64,000 nucleotides of DNA from Ginglymostoma cirratum (taxonomy: Eukaryota), in NCBI GenBank assembly GCA_024137785.1, contig JAHRHZ010000101.1:389464-453463 (forward strand), in the 5' to 3' direction. The position numbers and the translations under genes are program-made. The notes under the pieces are model-generated. The model was not told the origin of the DNA. It saw nothing but the letters and a program-made list of their open reading frames with translations, and made no database searches. Shown here in pieces: positions 36,414 to 49,236 of this stretch. Position 1 is the first letter of the stretch. The number at the start of each line of letters is the position of its first letter.

Positions 36414-36759
36414 GAGTCGCTTGTGATGGACCCTATGTGGAAGCTGGGCCAAGACTAACTTTGTTATGTCAACTTACTTTCTTGGTCTTTGCAGGTACTC
36501 AGACCTTTGTCAGTTTCGATGACGAAAGTGGTAAAAGGGGCTACAGGGACTGAAAACAGTGAGAGCTCCAGCTGTACAGTGCCTTCTCACATCTCTGCTT
36601 AGGGACCTTGCATTCCATTTTGGCTCTAGTTATTGTGTCTCAATTGGTCAGTGACTGAAACAACTGTGGTTTGATACAACCTATGTACACAACCTCAGCG
36701 ATTTCAGATCAAGCAATTTACCGATCACGTACCTACATTTCACCCACTAGAACTTTAAG

Positions 36760-37330
36760 ATGAGATTGGATTGAAACAGTGCCATCAACGATTCACCTCG
36801 GCTCCAGTCGGAGTGGGACAAGGACAAGTAACAGGCTCTGACGCCATACTCTCAATCAGAGAGTGGTGTGACCCTTTGATGTTTTAGTTATAAATTCTGT
36901 GTCTGACTCCTCTCTCACTAACACCTGATGCAGATACAGTGCTTCAGTTGCTTTGGGTCAAACAAGTAAGACTTCAAGTCCTTTTATTTAACCCACCCAA
37001 AATCCAAGACAAGATTGAATTCAAAACACACCAACAAAAGACTTTCTCTTTCCCTGATCCACACAGAATGGGACAGAGACAAGCAACGGGATTTGACCCC
37101 TCTCTCCAATTTCCCGCTGCCAGCAGAAAGCTGCCACTGCAGCTTCAATCAGCGGCTTCCTGCTCATCTATGGGACACAATTTACAGAAACTCATTCCTT
37201 ATGAACGGTTCTTCTCGTGTGAAAGAGGCGAAAAAGCTTTTGTTAAATTTGACAACGACTGCAACAGATTCTCCTTGTCTTTCGAAGCTTGTTGACCAAA
37301 TCCCTGTCTCCATATGAGAAGCGGCAAGAT
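36760..37330 (+). repeat. Spacer module duplicated at 47500-47980
   Basis: Shared GAGATTGGA, GACAAGCA..GGATTT, CCACTGCA.CTTCAATCAGC.GCTT, TTCCTTATGAAC.GTTCTTCTC and CAGATTCT.CTTG. Confidence 0.75.
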
Positions 37331-37421
37331 TTTTTGATGAGAACAGCGATATAAAAACGAACTCTGTTCACATTTAACGAAAAGTGGGGAAAACGCACCT
37401 TGTTGGGATAATGAGGGAGCA

Positions 37422-37462
37422 GCGCTGTGAGGCGAATGTAGTAACCAGTACACTGCAGAAAC
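37422..37462 (-). pseudogene. tRNA-Val(CAC) 5' half
   Basis: Reverse complement GTTTCTGCAGTGTACTGGTTACTACATTCGCCTCACAGCG. Confidence 0.65.
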
Positions 37463-38353
37463 ACAGCGTACCCACCGACCCTATTTTACATTGTCTTGGT
37501 CTATTATGCACAGGCTATACAATCATCAATGACATTGCAGTTTCGAACGCATGAGTCCCTCTCTCAGAGGACATCCATGCCAGCAGTGTTGGGTGTTTCA
37601 CTGAGTGTCCGTGAGTTCATTTATTTCTGGGGACTGCGAGAACTGTCACCACCTGCTGCATCCAACATCCAAAGGAGCTGTTGAAATGTCGATTGAAATT
37701 ATTTCTAACACAACAGTATTAACACCGCCACGTCATTTCCTCCACCTGCCAGAAATATGTTTGCAATGCCACATTTCTGTTTGTCCTTCCGGGTATGTAA
37801 GAAAGATCTTTCAGAACCAGCTGATTCGAACAGTGTTCCAGTTTGGCAGGAAGACTGAGGTGGAGCTGCATGAACTGCAGAGTGACCTGGAAAAAATTGG
37901 GCAGTAACACAGACAGTGGAGCGGAATGCTTCTTTTCTTTGTTGTAAACAGACTATGATTTTGAAGTCTGAAATGGTAGAATATAAGCCAGGTGGGTGAA
38001 ACCCTTGCTTTCTGGGGGTTGGTCTCTCCTGGGACTTCGTCTCTTCTGAGGCCTCTGTCATTCTCGGGGGAATGTGTCTGATCGCTTCCTTTTGTGGGTG
38101 AAAATGAGGTTCAGTTCCCTGAGGTGGATATGAATAATTTTACCATCTCAAAATTCAGTCCCATTTATTGTGTCTTTTGAGATTAAAACATCACAGGGAA
38201 AACATGATTGACATGAACACTTGAAACGTCGGAGCATACAGGGCCATATTTAAAGGATGGGCGCATAAAAACTCAATGATTCAATCACTTTGGAGGAGAA
38301 AAGAAATTCAAAGGCTGCATCATTAAGTAATAATGCATGTGCTTCTGTCCTCA

Positions 38354-38425
38354 TTCATGGTGGTCTAGTGGTTAGGATTTGGCACTTTCGCCTCTGCGGA
38401 CAGGTTGCGATTCCTCGTTAAGTCA
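38354..38425 (+). pseudogene. tRNA-Glu(TTC) pseudogene
   Basis: TGGTGGTCTAGTGGTTAGGATTTGGCACTTTC intact 5' part; T-arm and acceptor stem decayed. Confidence 0.8.
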
Positions 38426-38927
38426 TCAGGATTGATTGTTCCTGAAATGGACAATAGTCAAGGTGAAGCAGTTTTGACGGGAATCCTTTCGGATCAAGTA
38501 ATGTCCCGAAGAATATGAGAGTCAATGCCACAGCCTCTTCAAGAATGGAATGGTGCCCGAACTCTCTCTGTTCAGTCAGACGGTTCACCGTCCATTTTCC
38601 TCTGATTCTAATTCCCAAACAGATTCTAAAGATTCCTGAAGCTGAGACTGGGCGATTCGTTTTGTTTCCTTGCCATTCCCTCGAGCAGCAGTGATTGGGT
38701 CGATGACTGTTGGAAAATGCAATGTACCCATGATCAGCTTGTGGGACGATTCCAGCTTCCCCTTCTCTGACAAAGCCTGGGACATTGACACCTGACATGT
38801 CACCGGTGACATTCACTGATAGGAGACAAAGAAAGGGCTCTCGTTCCTGCAGAAATCAAATATCATCGTGGCTTCAGAGCTGCAAGAAAGATTAGTTTGG
38901 AGGTGTAATGAATTTGCATGCTGCACA

Positions 38928-39000
38928 AGAACCAGGTAGGAGCCGACCGTACAATCTTATGGTCTGTAGTCAGGCACGTTATACATTGCAGTACTGGCCC
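38928..39000 (-). pseudogene. tRNA-Arg(ACG) pseudogene
   Basis: Reverse complement GGGCCAGTACTGCAATGTATAACGTGCCTGACTACAGACCATAAGATTGTACGGTCGGCTCCTACCTGGTTCT, 73 nt. Confidence 0.75.
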
Positions 39001-39978
39001 CTTGTGCAGTACTGGCCCCTTGTGCACTCTGCCCTTACATGCTAAAGTTATGTTGTTAACACAGATATAAGTAGCAATGGTAACATTCACTCGGTGAACA
39101 GCCAGCAAAGATAATCACAGTCACTGCTCCACTTTGGCAGCCTCGACTTTGCCATGCGGTGAGTTTCATTCGCAAAGAAAACATAGTTGTACTCAGGGAA
39201 CTGCCATTCACCTTATCGGGTCCGCTCAGGCACTAAATGAGATCACCACTGTTCTGATAAATCTCAACTCCACTTTCCTGCTTTTTCTCCATAACGTGAG
39301 ATGAACTCCAGCCTACTCATTACACTGTCTATCCCGTTGTTTTTCGGTAGTTTAGATTACTTTAATGGCCTGTGCGTTTTTGCAGGAAATTGAACAATAT
39401 GAAACCAGTTGAAAAGCTCAGCTTGTATCTTCGCGGTTAGGCCACTAGGTTTTTCTGGTTCCGGGCCCAGGAATTGGAATTATGTAATAGTCTGCAGCAA
39501 TGGTTACTTCCCTGTGTGAGAGAACGAGTGAAGTAGCCGATGTAAAAGTTGATTGAGGAAATACATCCAAGGTCGTAGCACAGAAAAAAACAATATTATT
39601 TCCACCTGAATATGATTTACATTTACCAAGTGAAAATAAGAAAAAAAGTTTGCATTTCGAAACATAACAAATGCGGTGCAACCACTCAGCCCATAGAGCC
39701 TGCCTCGCCATCCAATGAAATCATGCGCGATTTCCTACTTCAATGCCATTTTTCTGCACTACACCGTGAGTTCTTGATGTTTTTATTCGTTAGAAATCTG
39801 TCCATCTCAGTTTTGTACAGTTTGAATGCTGGACATTCACAGCCTCCATCGCCCTGAATTCCATTAACTTTCTCCGCTCATTTCATTCTGCCATTTGACA
39901 AGAATTTCTGTTGTGCTTCTGGTGCTCCTCCTGGCGTCCCCGCCAGCACTGTGCTTATTTTGCTTTTCCTCCGGGCTC

Positions 39979-40049
39979 GTTGTGAAGCTTCATGGTCAGT
40001 TCTCGACACTGCAGCCACAGCAACCTTGGCTCAAATCCGAATCACAGTA
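39979..40049 (+). pseudogene. tRNA-His pseudogene
   Basis: TGGTCAGTTCTC..GCCACAGCAACCTTGGCTCAAATCCGAATCACAGTA. Confidence 0.65.
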
Positions 40050-40189
40050 GTGTTTATTGATCCCGTTTTTTTCTCTTAATATGTGCAATATTAACACAGC
40101 AGAGGATCAATTAAATTTGGAAGAAGGCATACAGAGGCGTGTGAAATACTGAGGTTGTGGTGACATTTGTTCAATGGTTCGAGATGACC

Positions 40190-41550
40190 TTGACTGAGCA
40201 CAGAAGGGTATAGAACCTGTTTGGGTAGAGATGTGGAATAGTGAGGGAAAGAAGTCACCAGTGCGTGTAGTTTACAAGCCCACTAACAGAATGCACAATA
40301 TGAAACAAAACGTGTAAGAAAAAGACATTGTGTGTGAGAGTTAAAGGGATGGCGATAATCAGAGCTGACCTTAATTTCTCCCTTTCCACCAACGGCTCTA
40401 TTGCAAATAAAGTTTGCAGAACCATAAATAACACATCAAATCTGTCTTATATAACGGCACTAGATATATCTTGGTTTTCGATTAATTTACAGGCTACTTA
40501 GTTTCAATCTTTTCCTGGGAAACCATCACTTTCATTGCGAGCATTCGGAAAGGAGGCCATTAATTGGCCAAAAATTAAATATCATTAACCTTTGTTTGTT
40601 TCATGCACAATAACACCCAGATTCCTCTGCACTATACCTTTTTTGATGTTTCCGTCGATTTTCATAGTAGCTTGCCTTTTCACTCTTGCGACTGAAATAC
40701 ATGACCTCACTCTCCTGGCATGAAACTGCATCTGCCAAGGTTTTGACCACTCACTCAAACTATCTGTATCCCTTTGCAGATCCCCACGTCCTCATCATAA
40801 TATGCCCTCCTACCTATTTTGTATCTTCTGCAAAATTGGATACATTATGTTCTGACACTGCCTCCAAATCATTAAGATAGACAGAAATAATTGCAACCCT
40901 ATAACTGACCATTCAGGCACTCCACAAATAATATCTTTCCAACTCGAAAAATATGCATTAATCCCAATTCTGACTTTTCCATTACTGAAACAATACGCAG
41001 CCCATGCTCAGTTAGACTCTAAACTCCTACCTTGTGCAGTGGACTTTCAAATGGGGTCTTATTGAGTGCAGTCTAAAAGTTCAAATCCACTTCACCTACT
41101 GGGTCCTTTAACAAGTGTGCTTGGAATATTACTGAAGAACTCCAGCAAAGTTGTCAAATGTGATATGCCTTTCATCAAACGTTGTTGACTCCTTCTGACT
41201 GCAATAATCTTTTCTAAACATCCCCTATTTCTTCCTTCACAATGGTCTCGAGCATTTTTCAAATGACAGGTAATACAACGAAACAGATGGAAGTTATTTG
41301 GGCCATCAGGTCAATTACATCTTTAAATGAGATCAAAGCAGATTTGATAATGCTCCACTCCACTTTTTTGCCTTATTAACATGGTCCTTGTATTCCTAAA
41401 TGACTAAATCTCTGTCTGTCTCAGCCTTGAATATACAGCACTCTGTTAGAAAAATTCCACAGATTTGTTACCCTCTGAGCGGGAGAACATTCTCCTCATC
41501 TCTGTCTTAATGGATCACCCCTTTTCTTGAGATTATGCACCTGGGTGTAA
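40190..41550. mobile_element. Cluster of CR1 LINE fragments (EN piece on +, RT and 3' pieces on -)
   Basis: VEPVWVEMWN..VVYKP-like EN piece at 40210-40290; antisense RT CCTCCTACCTATTTTGTATCTTCTGCAAA (FADDTKIGG-like) near 40805-40835. Confidence 0.75.
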
Positions 41551-41849
41551 ATCAGAGCACATAAAACCCCTAAAGTTAAGTTTGAACTGGTGGCATATCC
41601 AGCGGCAACTGTGAGTATTTTAAACATTTTCATTTTTAACCTCTGGTTAAACAAACTGCCCTGATTTTCAAATTAGATTGGCCAATGACAAATTTGTTTC
41701 AAAAGTGTTTCATTAGCTGTGATTTAGAAGGTGGTGAAAGGTGTTTACAAAATACAAAGACATCGTTCTTTCTCGATCCATCGCCCTGACTACTAATCTT
41801 TCTGATCATGGAAATCGATCCTTCCCATTCACACAGAGATGTTAAGAAC

Positions 41850-42370
41850 TACCAATGCTGGAGTCAGAGATAACAATGTGTTGAGCTGGAAGAGCACAGC
41901 AGGCCAGACACCATCAGAGGAGCTGTAAAGTTGACGTTTCGGGTCGAGGCTCTTCTTCAGGAATGGGGGAGGGTAAAGGGAGCTCTGAAATAAATAGAGA
42001 GGAGGGGTGGGGCTGGGATGGAGATAGGTCAGTGGCCTGTAATAGGCCTTGGGAGAATACAATCCAGTGGTCTCATGGTGGACTTTACCAGTTTCAAAAT
42101 CTTCCCACTCTGGCCTCATCCCATGACCAACCCTTCCTCTCAGCCCATCTCCTTGACCTGACACAACCTGTCCATCTTCTCTCCCACCTGTCCGCTTCTT
42201 CCACATTACTAGCCAACTTCCACCACTTCCTTCCTCCACTCACCTATCACCATTCCACAGATCTTCCCCAGCCCTACCCCTCCTCTCGATTAATTTCTGT
42301 GCTCCCTTCCCCCTCCCCCATTTCTGAATGCTGCCCGACCGACTGTCTTCCTCCAGCTCCACTGTGTTAA
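41850..42370. mobile_element. Penelope-like termini in inverted arrangement
   Basis: GAGCTGGAAGAGCACAGCAGG..GAATGGGGGAGGG..GGGAGCTCTGAAATAAATAGAGAGGAGGGGTGGGGCTGGG mirrored by CCCAGCCCTACCCCTCCTCTC..GCTCCCTTCCCCCTCCCCCATTTC..CTCCAGCTCCAC. Confidence 0.75.
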
Positions 42371-42609
42371 CCATGAAAACATTCCTAACGTTTCGCAGAA
42401 ATCAATGTAAAATCAGGGAACAGTCCGAAAGCATCATACGTTCACTCTAGTTCTCAATAATGTAGTTCAATTCAATCTCCCAGCATCCTCCTCCATTCTG
42501 ATCAAACATAGCGCGACAAGAAATATAAGAATCGTGGCACGGGCAAGACAAACAAAATGCTCCTCCTTCCTGTTGGAACCATCACATGAGAAAGGTTGAG
42601 CAGCACCCT

Positions 42610-42691
42610 GTATTCATGGCCGAGTGGTTATGGCGATGGATTAGAAATCCATTGGGGTTTCCCCGCGCTGTTTTGAATCCTGCTGACTACG
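42610..42691 (+). pseudogene. tRNA-Ser(AGA), probably a pseudogene
   Basis: GTATTCATGGCCGAGTGGTTATGGCGATGGATTAGAAATCCATTGGGGTTTCCCCGCGCTGTTTTGAATCCTGCTGACTACG, 82 nt; B-box GGTTCG changed to GTTTTG. Confidence 0.85.
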
Positions 42692-43199
42692 CTTCAACAG
42701 CCTACTCTTTGTCAATGATTTCCTGATGGATGAGCTATTTCTCACAACTTGGAAAATCCATTTCACAAACCCACTTCAGAGTCTGGGCATTTATTGACAT
42801 TGAGGAAACATGAGCTCTGAACAAGAATGCTGCCATACTCAAAACCTTGCCTCTGTCTCTCTTTCCACAGTCACCGTGTTTAGTTTCTGCAGTATTCTCT
42901 CCGTTTAATCGACATAAATGATCTTGCTTTAAATATCTTGAACCCCAATCCCCTGGTAAATGACCCTGTTCAGTGGCTGCAGTTTCTCCCGACATCATCC
43001 CACTCATCCCCACCACTCCCTTCCCAACTGTTATAAACCGCCAAGGAAATCTCCGCTGAAACTCCTTTGCTCCAAAGGGAACATTTCCGACATCGGGAAT
43101 TCCTTCTTTAAAAGAGATTTCCTCATCCCTGGACATGTTGCAAGGTGGAGGACTGGAAAAATATTTTGGGAAAATATTGCCAGTTGGTGCGGGAGGGTC

Positions 43200-43675
43200 G
43201 GGAGAATGTTACGGAAGTAAAACAGAAAACCTTGACACCAACTTTGCGAATCTTTAGAAACACTTGGGAACCGGAATCACAGGAGATTGAAGGGTAAACT
43301 TCCCGACTGAGCACAAACAGTCGAGACACCAGCCCCTTCTTTAAGTGGCCGGGACGTTGACTCTGATGTTCTCGGGACATGAACTGACCTGAGACGTGGA
43401 AAGATTTCTCCTTCCTGCACATCAGGAATTCAAAATTTCATCTCGGCTGCAAGACAATGAGAAAACTCGGGAATAGACAAGACACTGAAAGGTTGGAAGG
43501 GAGATGGCCCTGGATGTAGGAGAATGGTTCCCAGTGACATGGATGTGTCTTTGGAGGATAGGATCAGACTGTTCCCATGTCTACACAATGAATATGGCAG
43601 TCTTCATTTCGGAAAAGTAAAACTGATAGAGAACAATTGTCATTCCAAGAGAGGCAGGCTGAAGCTTGAATTCAC
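43200..43675 (+). repeat. Spacer module, copy of 26220-26700 (also 20610-21100 inverted and 28075-28250 partial)
   Basis: Shared AAGGGT.AACT, TTGA.TCTGATGTTCTC, GTGACATGGATG and GGAAAAGTAAAACTG. Confidence 0.8.
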
Positions 43676-43717
43676 TAAGAGCCTACTTTAAGGGATTATG
43701 CAAGTCAATGGTAGTTA

Positions 43718-43791
43718 AACTCTGAGACGTAAGTGGTCAGCGTGTTTGGCTATTAAGTGAGAAGTCGACCATTCGAGGCGACACATGAAGG
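43718..43791 (+). pseudogene. tRNA-Asn pseudogene
   Basis: CTCTGAGACGTAAGTGGTCAGCGTGTTTGGCTATTAA..TTCGAG. Confidence 0.55.
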
Positions 43792-43924
43792 AACGATTAA
43801 AGTTTTCTTTGCTATGCAGTTCTGGGTTTTTTTAATGTGGTTAGGAAAATGTTCCTGAAATGGAAATCTTATTCAATGAGTGACCTCAAAGGTGTCTCAA
43901 TGTTGATTTAATGTCTAACGTAGA

Positions 43925-44085
43925 GAGCTGCGGATGTTGAGAATCTGAAACAAAAACAGATGCTGCTGGAGAAACTCAGCAGGTTTGGCAGTACCTGTGA
44001 GAGAAAACAGAGTTCTGAAACGTTGACTCTGATTCTCTGCCAGATCTGCTGAGCTTTTCTTGAAATTCGTGCTGTTGTGTTTCAA
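43925..44085. mobile_element. Fold-back Penelope-like terminal element with centre deleted
   Basis: GAGAAACTCAGCAGGTTTGGCAG..CAGAGTT mirrored by GACTCTG..CTGCCAGATCTGCTGAGCTTTTC. Confidence 0.65.
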
Positions 44086-44235
44086 TGGATATTTGTCCCA
44101 TTTATTGGGATGAAACAACCAGACTCATTATGCACTGAATTTAATCCTTCAGAAATCTGAGAAGTGATTGGATTCAAATAAACCTAGTAAGGATTCAGTC
44201 TTCCTCAGCCCCACAGGCAGAAAGTCCTGGAAAGG

Positions 44236-44314
44236 GGAGGCATGGTCGGAGTTGAGGCAATACACGTGAACTCCATTGGGGTGTTCCGCGTCGGTTCGAA
44301 TCCTGCTGACTACA
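44236..44314 (+). pseudogene. tRNA-Ser(TGA) pseudogene
   Basis: TGAACTCCATTGGGGTGTTCCGCGTCGGTTCGAATCCTGCTGACTACA, Ser 3' half; 5' half decayed. Confidence 0.75.
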
Positions 44315-44795
44315 GTTGAGTGCTTCAGGCAAGTAAGAAAGAGGTTTGTCCCTGTCTTCTTGTTTGCGAAGGGAATCACAGGAGGTGGGGGACAAAATCA
44401 TTTCACTCAAATCGCCAACAGTTGGAATATGCATTTCACTGCATCTCAGGACAGAACATGCAGAACCTCTAGTACGCATCCTGACATGAAGCATAAAATT
44501 GCCTGCTCCTCTGATGCGGCCTGTCTTGCTGTGTTCCTCCAGCTCCCCTGACTGTCTTATCTCTGACTCTAACATCTGCAATTCTGACTGAATCATTTAG
44601 GTGGACATTTGCATTGCTCATCTTGTTGAGGCTATAAGCCAAGTGCTGCGCAGTGAGACTGGTACATTTAGGGGCTGGAGTTCACCTGGCGCAGACATGA
44701 TGGGCTGAAGGGTCGTTTTCTTTGCTGGAGGCCTTCATGACCAGCTGTGATCAGCTCAGCTGTAAAGTGATAGGACAACGTTTGCAAAATGCACC

Positions 44796-44868
44796 AGAGC
44801 CATTAAGGGATCGAACCAACTCTCCCCTGATCTGACTGGCAGACACGTTATCAATTGGGACTGGGGAT
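44796..44868 (-). pseudogene. tRNA-Arg(ACG) pseudogene
   Basis: Reverse complement CCAGTCCCAATTGATAACGTGTCTG..AGATCAG..GGTTCGATCCCTTAATGGCTCT. Confidence 0.6.
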
Positions 44869-45817
44869 AACTGGCACGATGCATAGTCCTGAAATCAGTA
44901 TCTGGGAGAATCAGGAAGATGCAATGCTGATGTCTCTGTGCCCAGCCATGTGCAAACCCATTGCTTCTCTCTCCTTTCCTTGTGCCTTACATTCCCTGCA
45001 CCTGCTGTCAAGGTAAAGATTGACTTCGCAATCTGCCTTTGTTTGTATCAAGCAGCTTATTGACCTTGGATCTGGGTGGGCAGAGAGAGCTAGAGGTGAG
45101 ACAGGGACACAGGCAGGAAGAGATGCGACATGAACGTGTTCAGAGTCTGTCGTGTGTCAGCTGCTTTTAGTGAGGGATTTCTGCCGGGTGCTGTCCTGTC
45201 AGATTCCCACGACCTGCAGTGATTGGTTTTATGAGTTTTCGAAATTCAAAGTTGCGCGTGAGCAGCCTGTGGGACTATTTCAGCTCACTGTCCATTTCAT
45301 ATCCCAGCTCACGGAAACTGTTCTCATTGTCTGGAGAAGTCACTTGTGATCCACCTAAAGCTGCCTTTTGTCGCAGGAACTTGTGTGTGCGGACGGAGAG
45401 CGGACGTGAAGGACCTGGAGTGAGTATAATCATGAGGTCTCTGTCATTGTCGGGGATGTGTCTGTGTGTTTCCCTCTTTTGGGTGCAAATGAAGATGAGT
45501 TCCTCAAGGAGGTATTAACATAGTTTTACCATCTCAAACTTCAGTCCAATTTCCTGTGTTATGTGAGATTGCAGAGATAAACTCATTGACATTTGCCTTG
45601 TAAAGTCAGAGCACACAAGGCTATGAGCCAAATGCTGGAAACGAGGACTGGAATGTATGCGTTTTGATGACCTGCACTGAAACGATGGGCCGAATGGTAT
45701 TCTTCCACAATGTAAAAAAGAAAATTGGAGATGGAGAAACCGATCTGCAGTGGAAATGATCACACATGAAAACGCAAAAACAGGTCGCGAAGCAAAAACA
45801 CAACCTTTTCGGTTTGC

Positions 45818-45889
45818 TTCCTGGTGGTCTCGTGGTTAAGATTCAGCGCTATCACCGCCGCGGCCAGAGACCGATTCCCCGTAAGGGAA
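45818..45889 (+). pseudogene. tRNA-Glu pseudogene (anticodon now ATC)
   Basis: TTCCTGGTGGTCTCGTGGTTAAGATTCAGCGCTATCACCGCCGCGGCCAGAGACCGATTCCCCGTAAGGGAA; B-box lost; paralog of 13397. Confidence 0.85.
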
Positions 45890-45992
45890 TAAAAGTTCTG
45901 TTGTACTAATCTATGGTGGTGGTGGCACTTCTGACTGATTTTCCAGGAGCTGACACCTAATCTGTTTCGACCCAAAAGTTATCAATTAACAT

Positions 45993-46113
45993 AAAACAAA
46001 GAACTGCGACAATCTGACACAAAAACAGGAATTGATTGAGAAACTCAGCAGGCATGGTAGCATCTGCAGAGGGAAACAGAGTTAACGTTTCGGATCCACT
46101 GACCGTTCGTCAC
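45993..46113 (-). mobile_element. Penelope-like terminal fragment
   Basis: AAAACAAAGAACTGCG..GAGAAACTCAGCAGG..CAGAGTTAACGTTTCGGATCCACTGACCGTTCGTCA. Confidence 0.7.
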
Positions 46114-47208
46114 TCCCAGGTTAACTGCATTTCTATAGTATGATGCCGGGAGACATTATGAACATTATCTTTCGAATCAGCGTATTTATCAAAATCACAC
46201 TCTCTCATGAACTTACAAGCGTTAACTTTTCAACTTTAAAGGGACTTGATCAGCACTAATGTTCCTTCTGTTGCCTTGAGGTGGTGAAATCCTTTGCTTT
46301 TTGACTTTTCATTTCGGTAAGTTTGCAGCCATGTCGAGTGTGGAATTGGTCCTTTTCGTGTTTACCACAATATGTGTCTATACTTGTCTCTCTTTGACAC
46401 AGTGTATCCACCAAGCCGCCTTTCACATTATCCGACACGCCATCTGTATATGCCCCTCATTTCCCATTTATGCTCTCTGTGAAGTCTGAAATTCGGAGAC
46501 ACTTTGAGAATAGAGTGTTTAGTCTTGGACTCACATTCCTCGGATAATGTGTCTTTCAGTTATGACTGAGAAAAGGAGACATTTCTCATCTCAAAAGATT
46601 ATGAATCTTCAGAAATCAAAATGGATTCTTTAATCCACCAGAAAAAAAAAACAATGCTACCACAATTATAGGATTATCGCGATGTCTTGACAGTTGGTGT
46701 AAAAATGTTTGAATGATGACAGCAGAGAATGAGAGTGATCAGCTCGTGGTCTCTGTGCCATGACCACAACATTCCACGGTAAGGTTGCATTTTATCCTGC
46801 CTCACCTCATTATTCCGACCAAACTGAGAATGAAAGGATGAGAATACAAGTAAAGGAGAATCAGAAGTGCTTGTGGAAGAGCAGAAAGGAACTTCATGAC
46901 GAATCCAGCAGTAAAATGGGAGACCCTGAAGCAGCCTCCTGATGACAAATGTGTTTTCTTTGCCAGTAAAACTCACTGCCTCACAAAGCGAGGACCATTG
47001 AAGTGAAGCAGTAACGGAGATTATCTTTGCTGGTTGTTCACACTGTGAATGTTACCGTTGTTGCTCATGTTCGTGCTAACACCACAACTCTGCTGCATGT
47101 AAGCATCACACATAGACTGGAGATAGGCGCTGAAAACTGAGAGACCTCCAGCTGCGCTATGAGGCTGACTCCTTGCATTAGAAGCTTTGGCAGAGCTTCA
47201 TGTTAATA

Positions 47209-47282
47209 GCTTCGGTTTTGCAATTGATCAGTGCATTCGGTTACTGAGAGAAAGACTGGTGTTTTGAGACTGCCTTAGAGCG
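47209..47282 (+). pseudogene. tRNA-Asn pseudogene
   Basis: GCAATTGATCAGTGCATTCGGTTACTGA..GAAAGACTGGTGTTTTGAGAC..AGAGCG, 74 nt colinear with Asn. Confidence 0.55.
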
Positions 47283-48374
47283 CAGCCTATTTTATTTTAC
47301 TACCATCTGATGTTTCCGGTGATACAGAAGATTGCCAATCGGGATTGTGCGTTCAGGAGATATCTTCGAAAATTTATCAGCTCCACTGTTTTCCAGTAAG
47401 ACCCCAGACATACAGGTTTTAATGCAATTATTCTCAACATTGTGATCTAACAATTAAACCAGCTGTGTACCTGCATTTAATGCATAGAAGTTTGCGAAGA
47501 GATTGGAATCAAACAAACCCATCATTGATTGCCTCTTCACCAGCTCCATGCTGAGTGAGACAGGGACAAGCAGTAGGATTTCACATCACTTTCTCCAATC
47601 CTCCGCTGTCAGCAGAACGTGGCCACTGCATCTTCAATCAGCCGCTTGCTGCCCATCACTGGAAGGCAAGATCCTACAACCAGGGCCAATCTTCCCCATC
47701 CACTGAGCACAGGCTCAAGATAAAACAGGGAGATTTCATCACGCTCAGTAAACCCCAGGGCAGCATTGACACAATCTCCAAGTGAGTGGAATTTTCTCTT
47801 CGCTCCACTTGGGAAAACTCAACTGACACAACTAGTGTAAACCTGTTCCTTATGAACAGTTCTTCTCCTGTGAAAAAGGGCGAAAATCATTTTACATTTC
47901 ACAACGGCTGCAGCAGATTCTTCTTGATCTTCGAATCTTTTTAACTGAACTCCGAAAATCCAGTCCCCAAATGCGAAGCTGCAGATGTTGCTGATGTACT
48001 GAGCAAACCAGGTGCTAAAAATATTGAGTGAAACTTGGCAGACAGACACGCATCTCATACGGTCTGTAACAGAAATGACTGGGTTTATTGAAGTAGATTC
48101 ACTGTCTCTCAGAGTGAATGACCGTCATATGGGCAGCTAAAGGATGAGGGCACCGACATTAAAATATGAACATTGAATGTTAAATGAAAATGGATTATAA
48201 TGGCCTGAAGGAGTAACAGCTGAAAAGTGGAAAATGTAAATGATGTTATTTGTGATTTCGAGGAATGAACTGGAAACTCGTGATTTTCGAGGTGCATCAT
48301 CTTTGGCATATTGAAATAAGGTTGCAGGAGATTTGTCACAGTATGAAATGGGAAAATAAGTGGGCTTCTGCCAA

Positions 48375-48447
48375 GCTTGGCTAGCTCAGTCTGTAGAGTA
48401 TGAGATTCTTAATCTCAGATTCGTGGGTTCGAGCCCCATGCTGAGCG
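48375..48447 (+). tRNA. tRNA-Lys(CTT), near-intact (possibly a young pseudogene)
   Basis: GCTTGGCTAGCTCAGTCTGTAGAGTATGAGATTCTTAATCTCAGATTCGTGGGTTCGAGCCCCATGCTGAGCG; all four stems can pair and the B-box is intact, but G18 is mutated. Confidence 0.7.
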
Positions 48448-49236
48448 TCTTTGCTTTGTACACCATTGCTTCCTGAAGTCAAGAGCAGATGTACCAGTCA
48501 AATGAGTAGCTTCAGCTGTGGCTTCTCTTCTGCTGCGTTGATTAAAATTGTGGTTTCCAGTTTTGCAGTGAAAATTGTTTCTCCTTCACTGGAAATCCCA
48601 GAGATCAGTTTGCAGGTGCAGCTGCTTGCACAATAAATGACAGGACTGAAAAGGGGGCAAACCCAACTCTAATCCTGCACCAACAAGACTGCTCAGATCC
48701 ACAGAATGTGAATGGTCACTTCCTGGGCGGATCCATGTCAAATGGAGCTGAACCAGAATTAACTAACTCTGAGGATACCACGGAAAACATCAGTGAAGTC
48801 TCCTTGAATGTTACTCAATTGCCGAGGAAAATTATCTTCTTTTGTGACCACGTGGGTTTATTCATTAAAATTTTCATTCTCGGGAAAAGAGGGGAAAAAT
48901 TGTGAGTTTTCAGTGTGTGACAGAAGGGATCTGCGTGAACCTGAAAATGTGGTGCAGTCATGTGTTTTCTATCAAATTCGAAACGAAAATAATTTCTCAC
49001 AGGCCCATGGCATTTTTTTGCGCAACTGAATCTCACAAGATGCGTTCAGCTTTTCGTTGATTTTTTTTTGATTGAAGAACTATCGGCATCTGGTGCGAAA
49101 TTAATATTGTAGCCGGGCATTGCCGAGCAGCTAAGAAAATAGACGAGGAGAATAGCATTCCTCCAAGCATTTCCCTGTGCCTTCGCTTTAGTTGTGTGTC
49201 GAAGAAACATTGGAAAATGTCACATTGGCACTGCCT

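Noticed and set aside
47135-47166. Elongator tRNA-Met-like 5' fragment (-), plus isolated B-box-like pieces at 35575-35592, 51280-51300 and 60650-60670
   Set aside because: Too short and degenerate to separate from chance matches.
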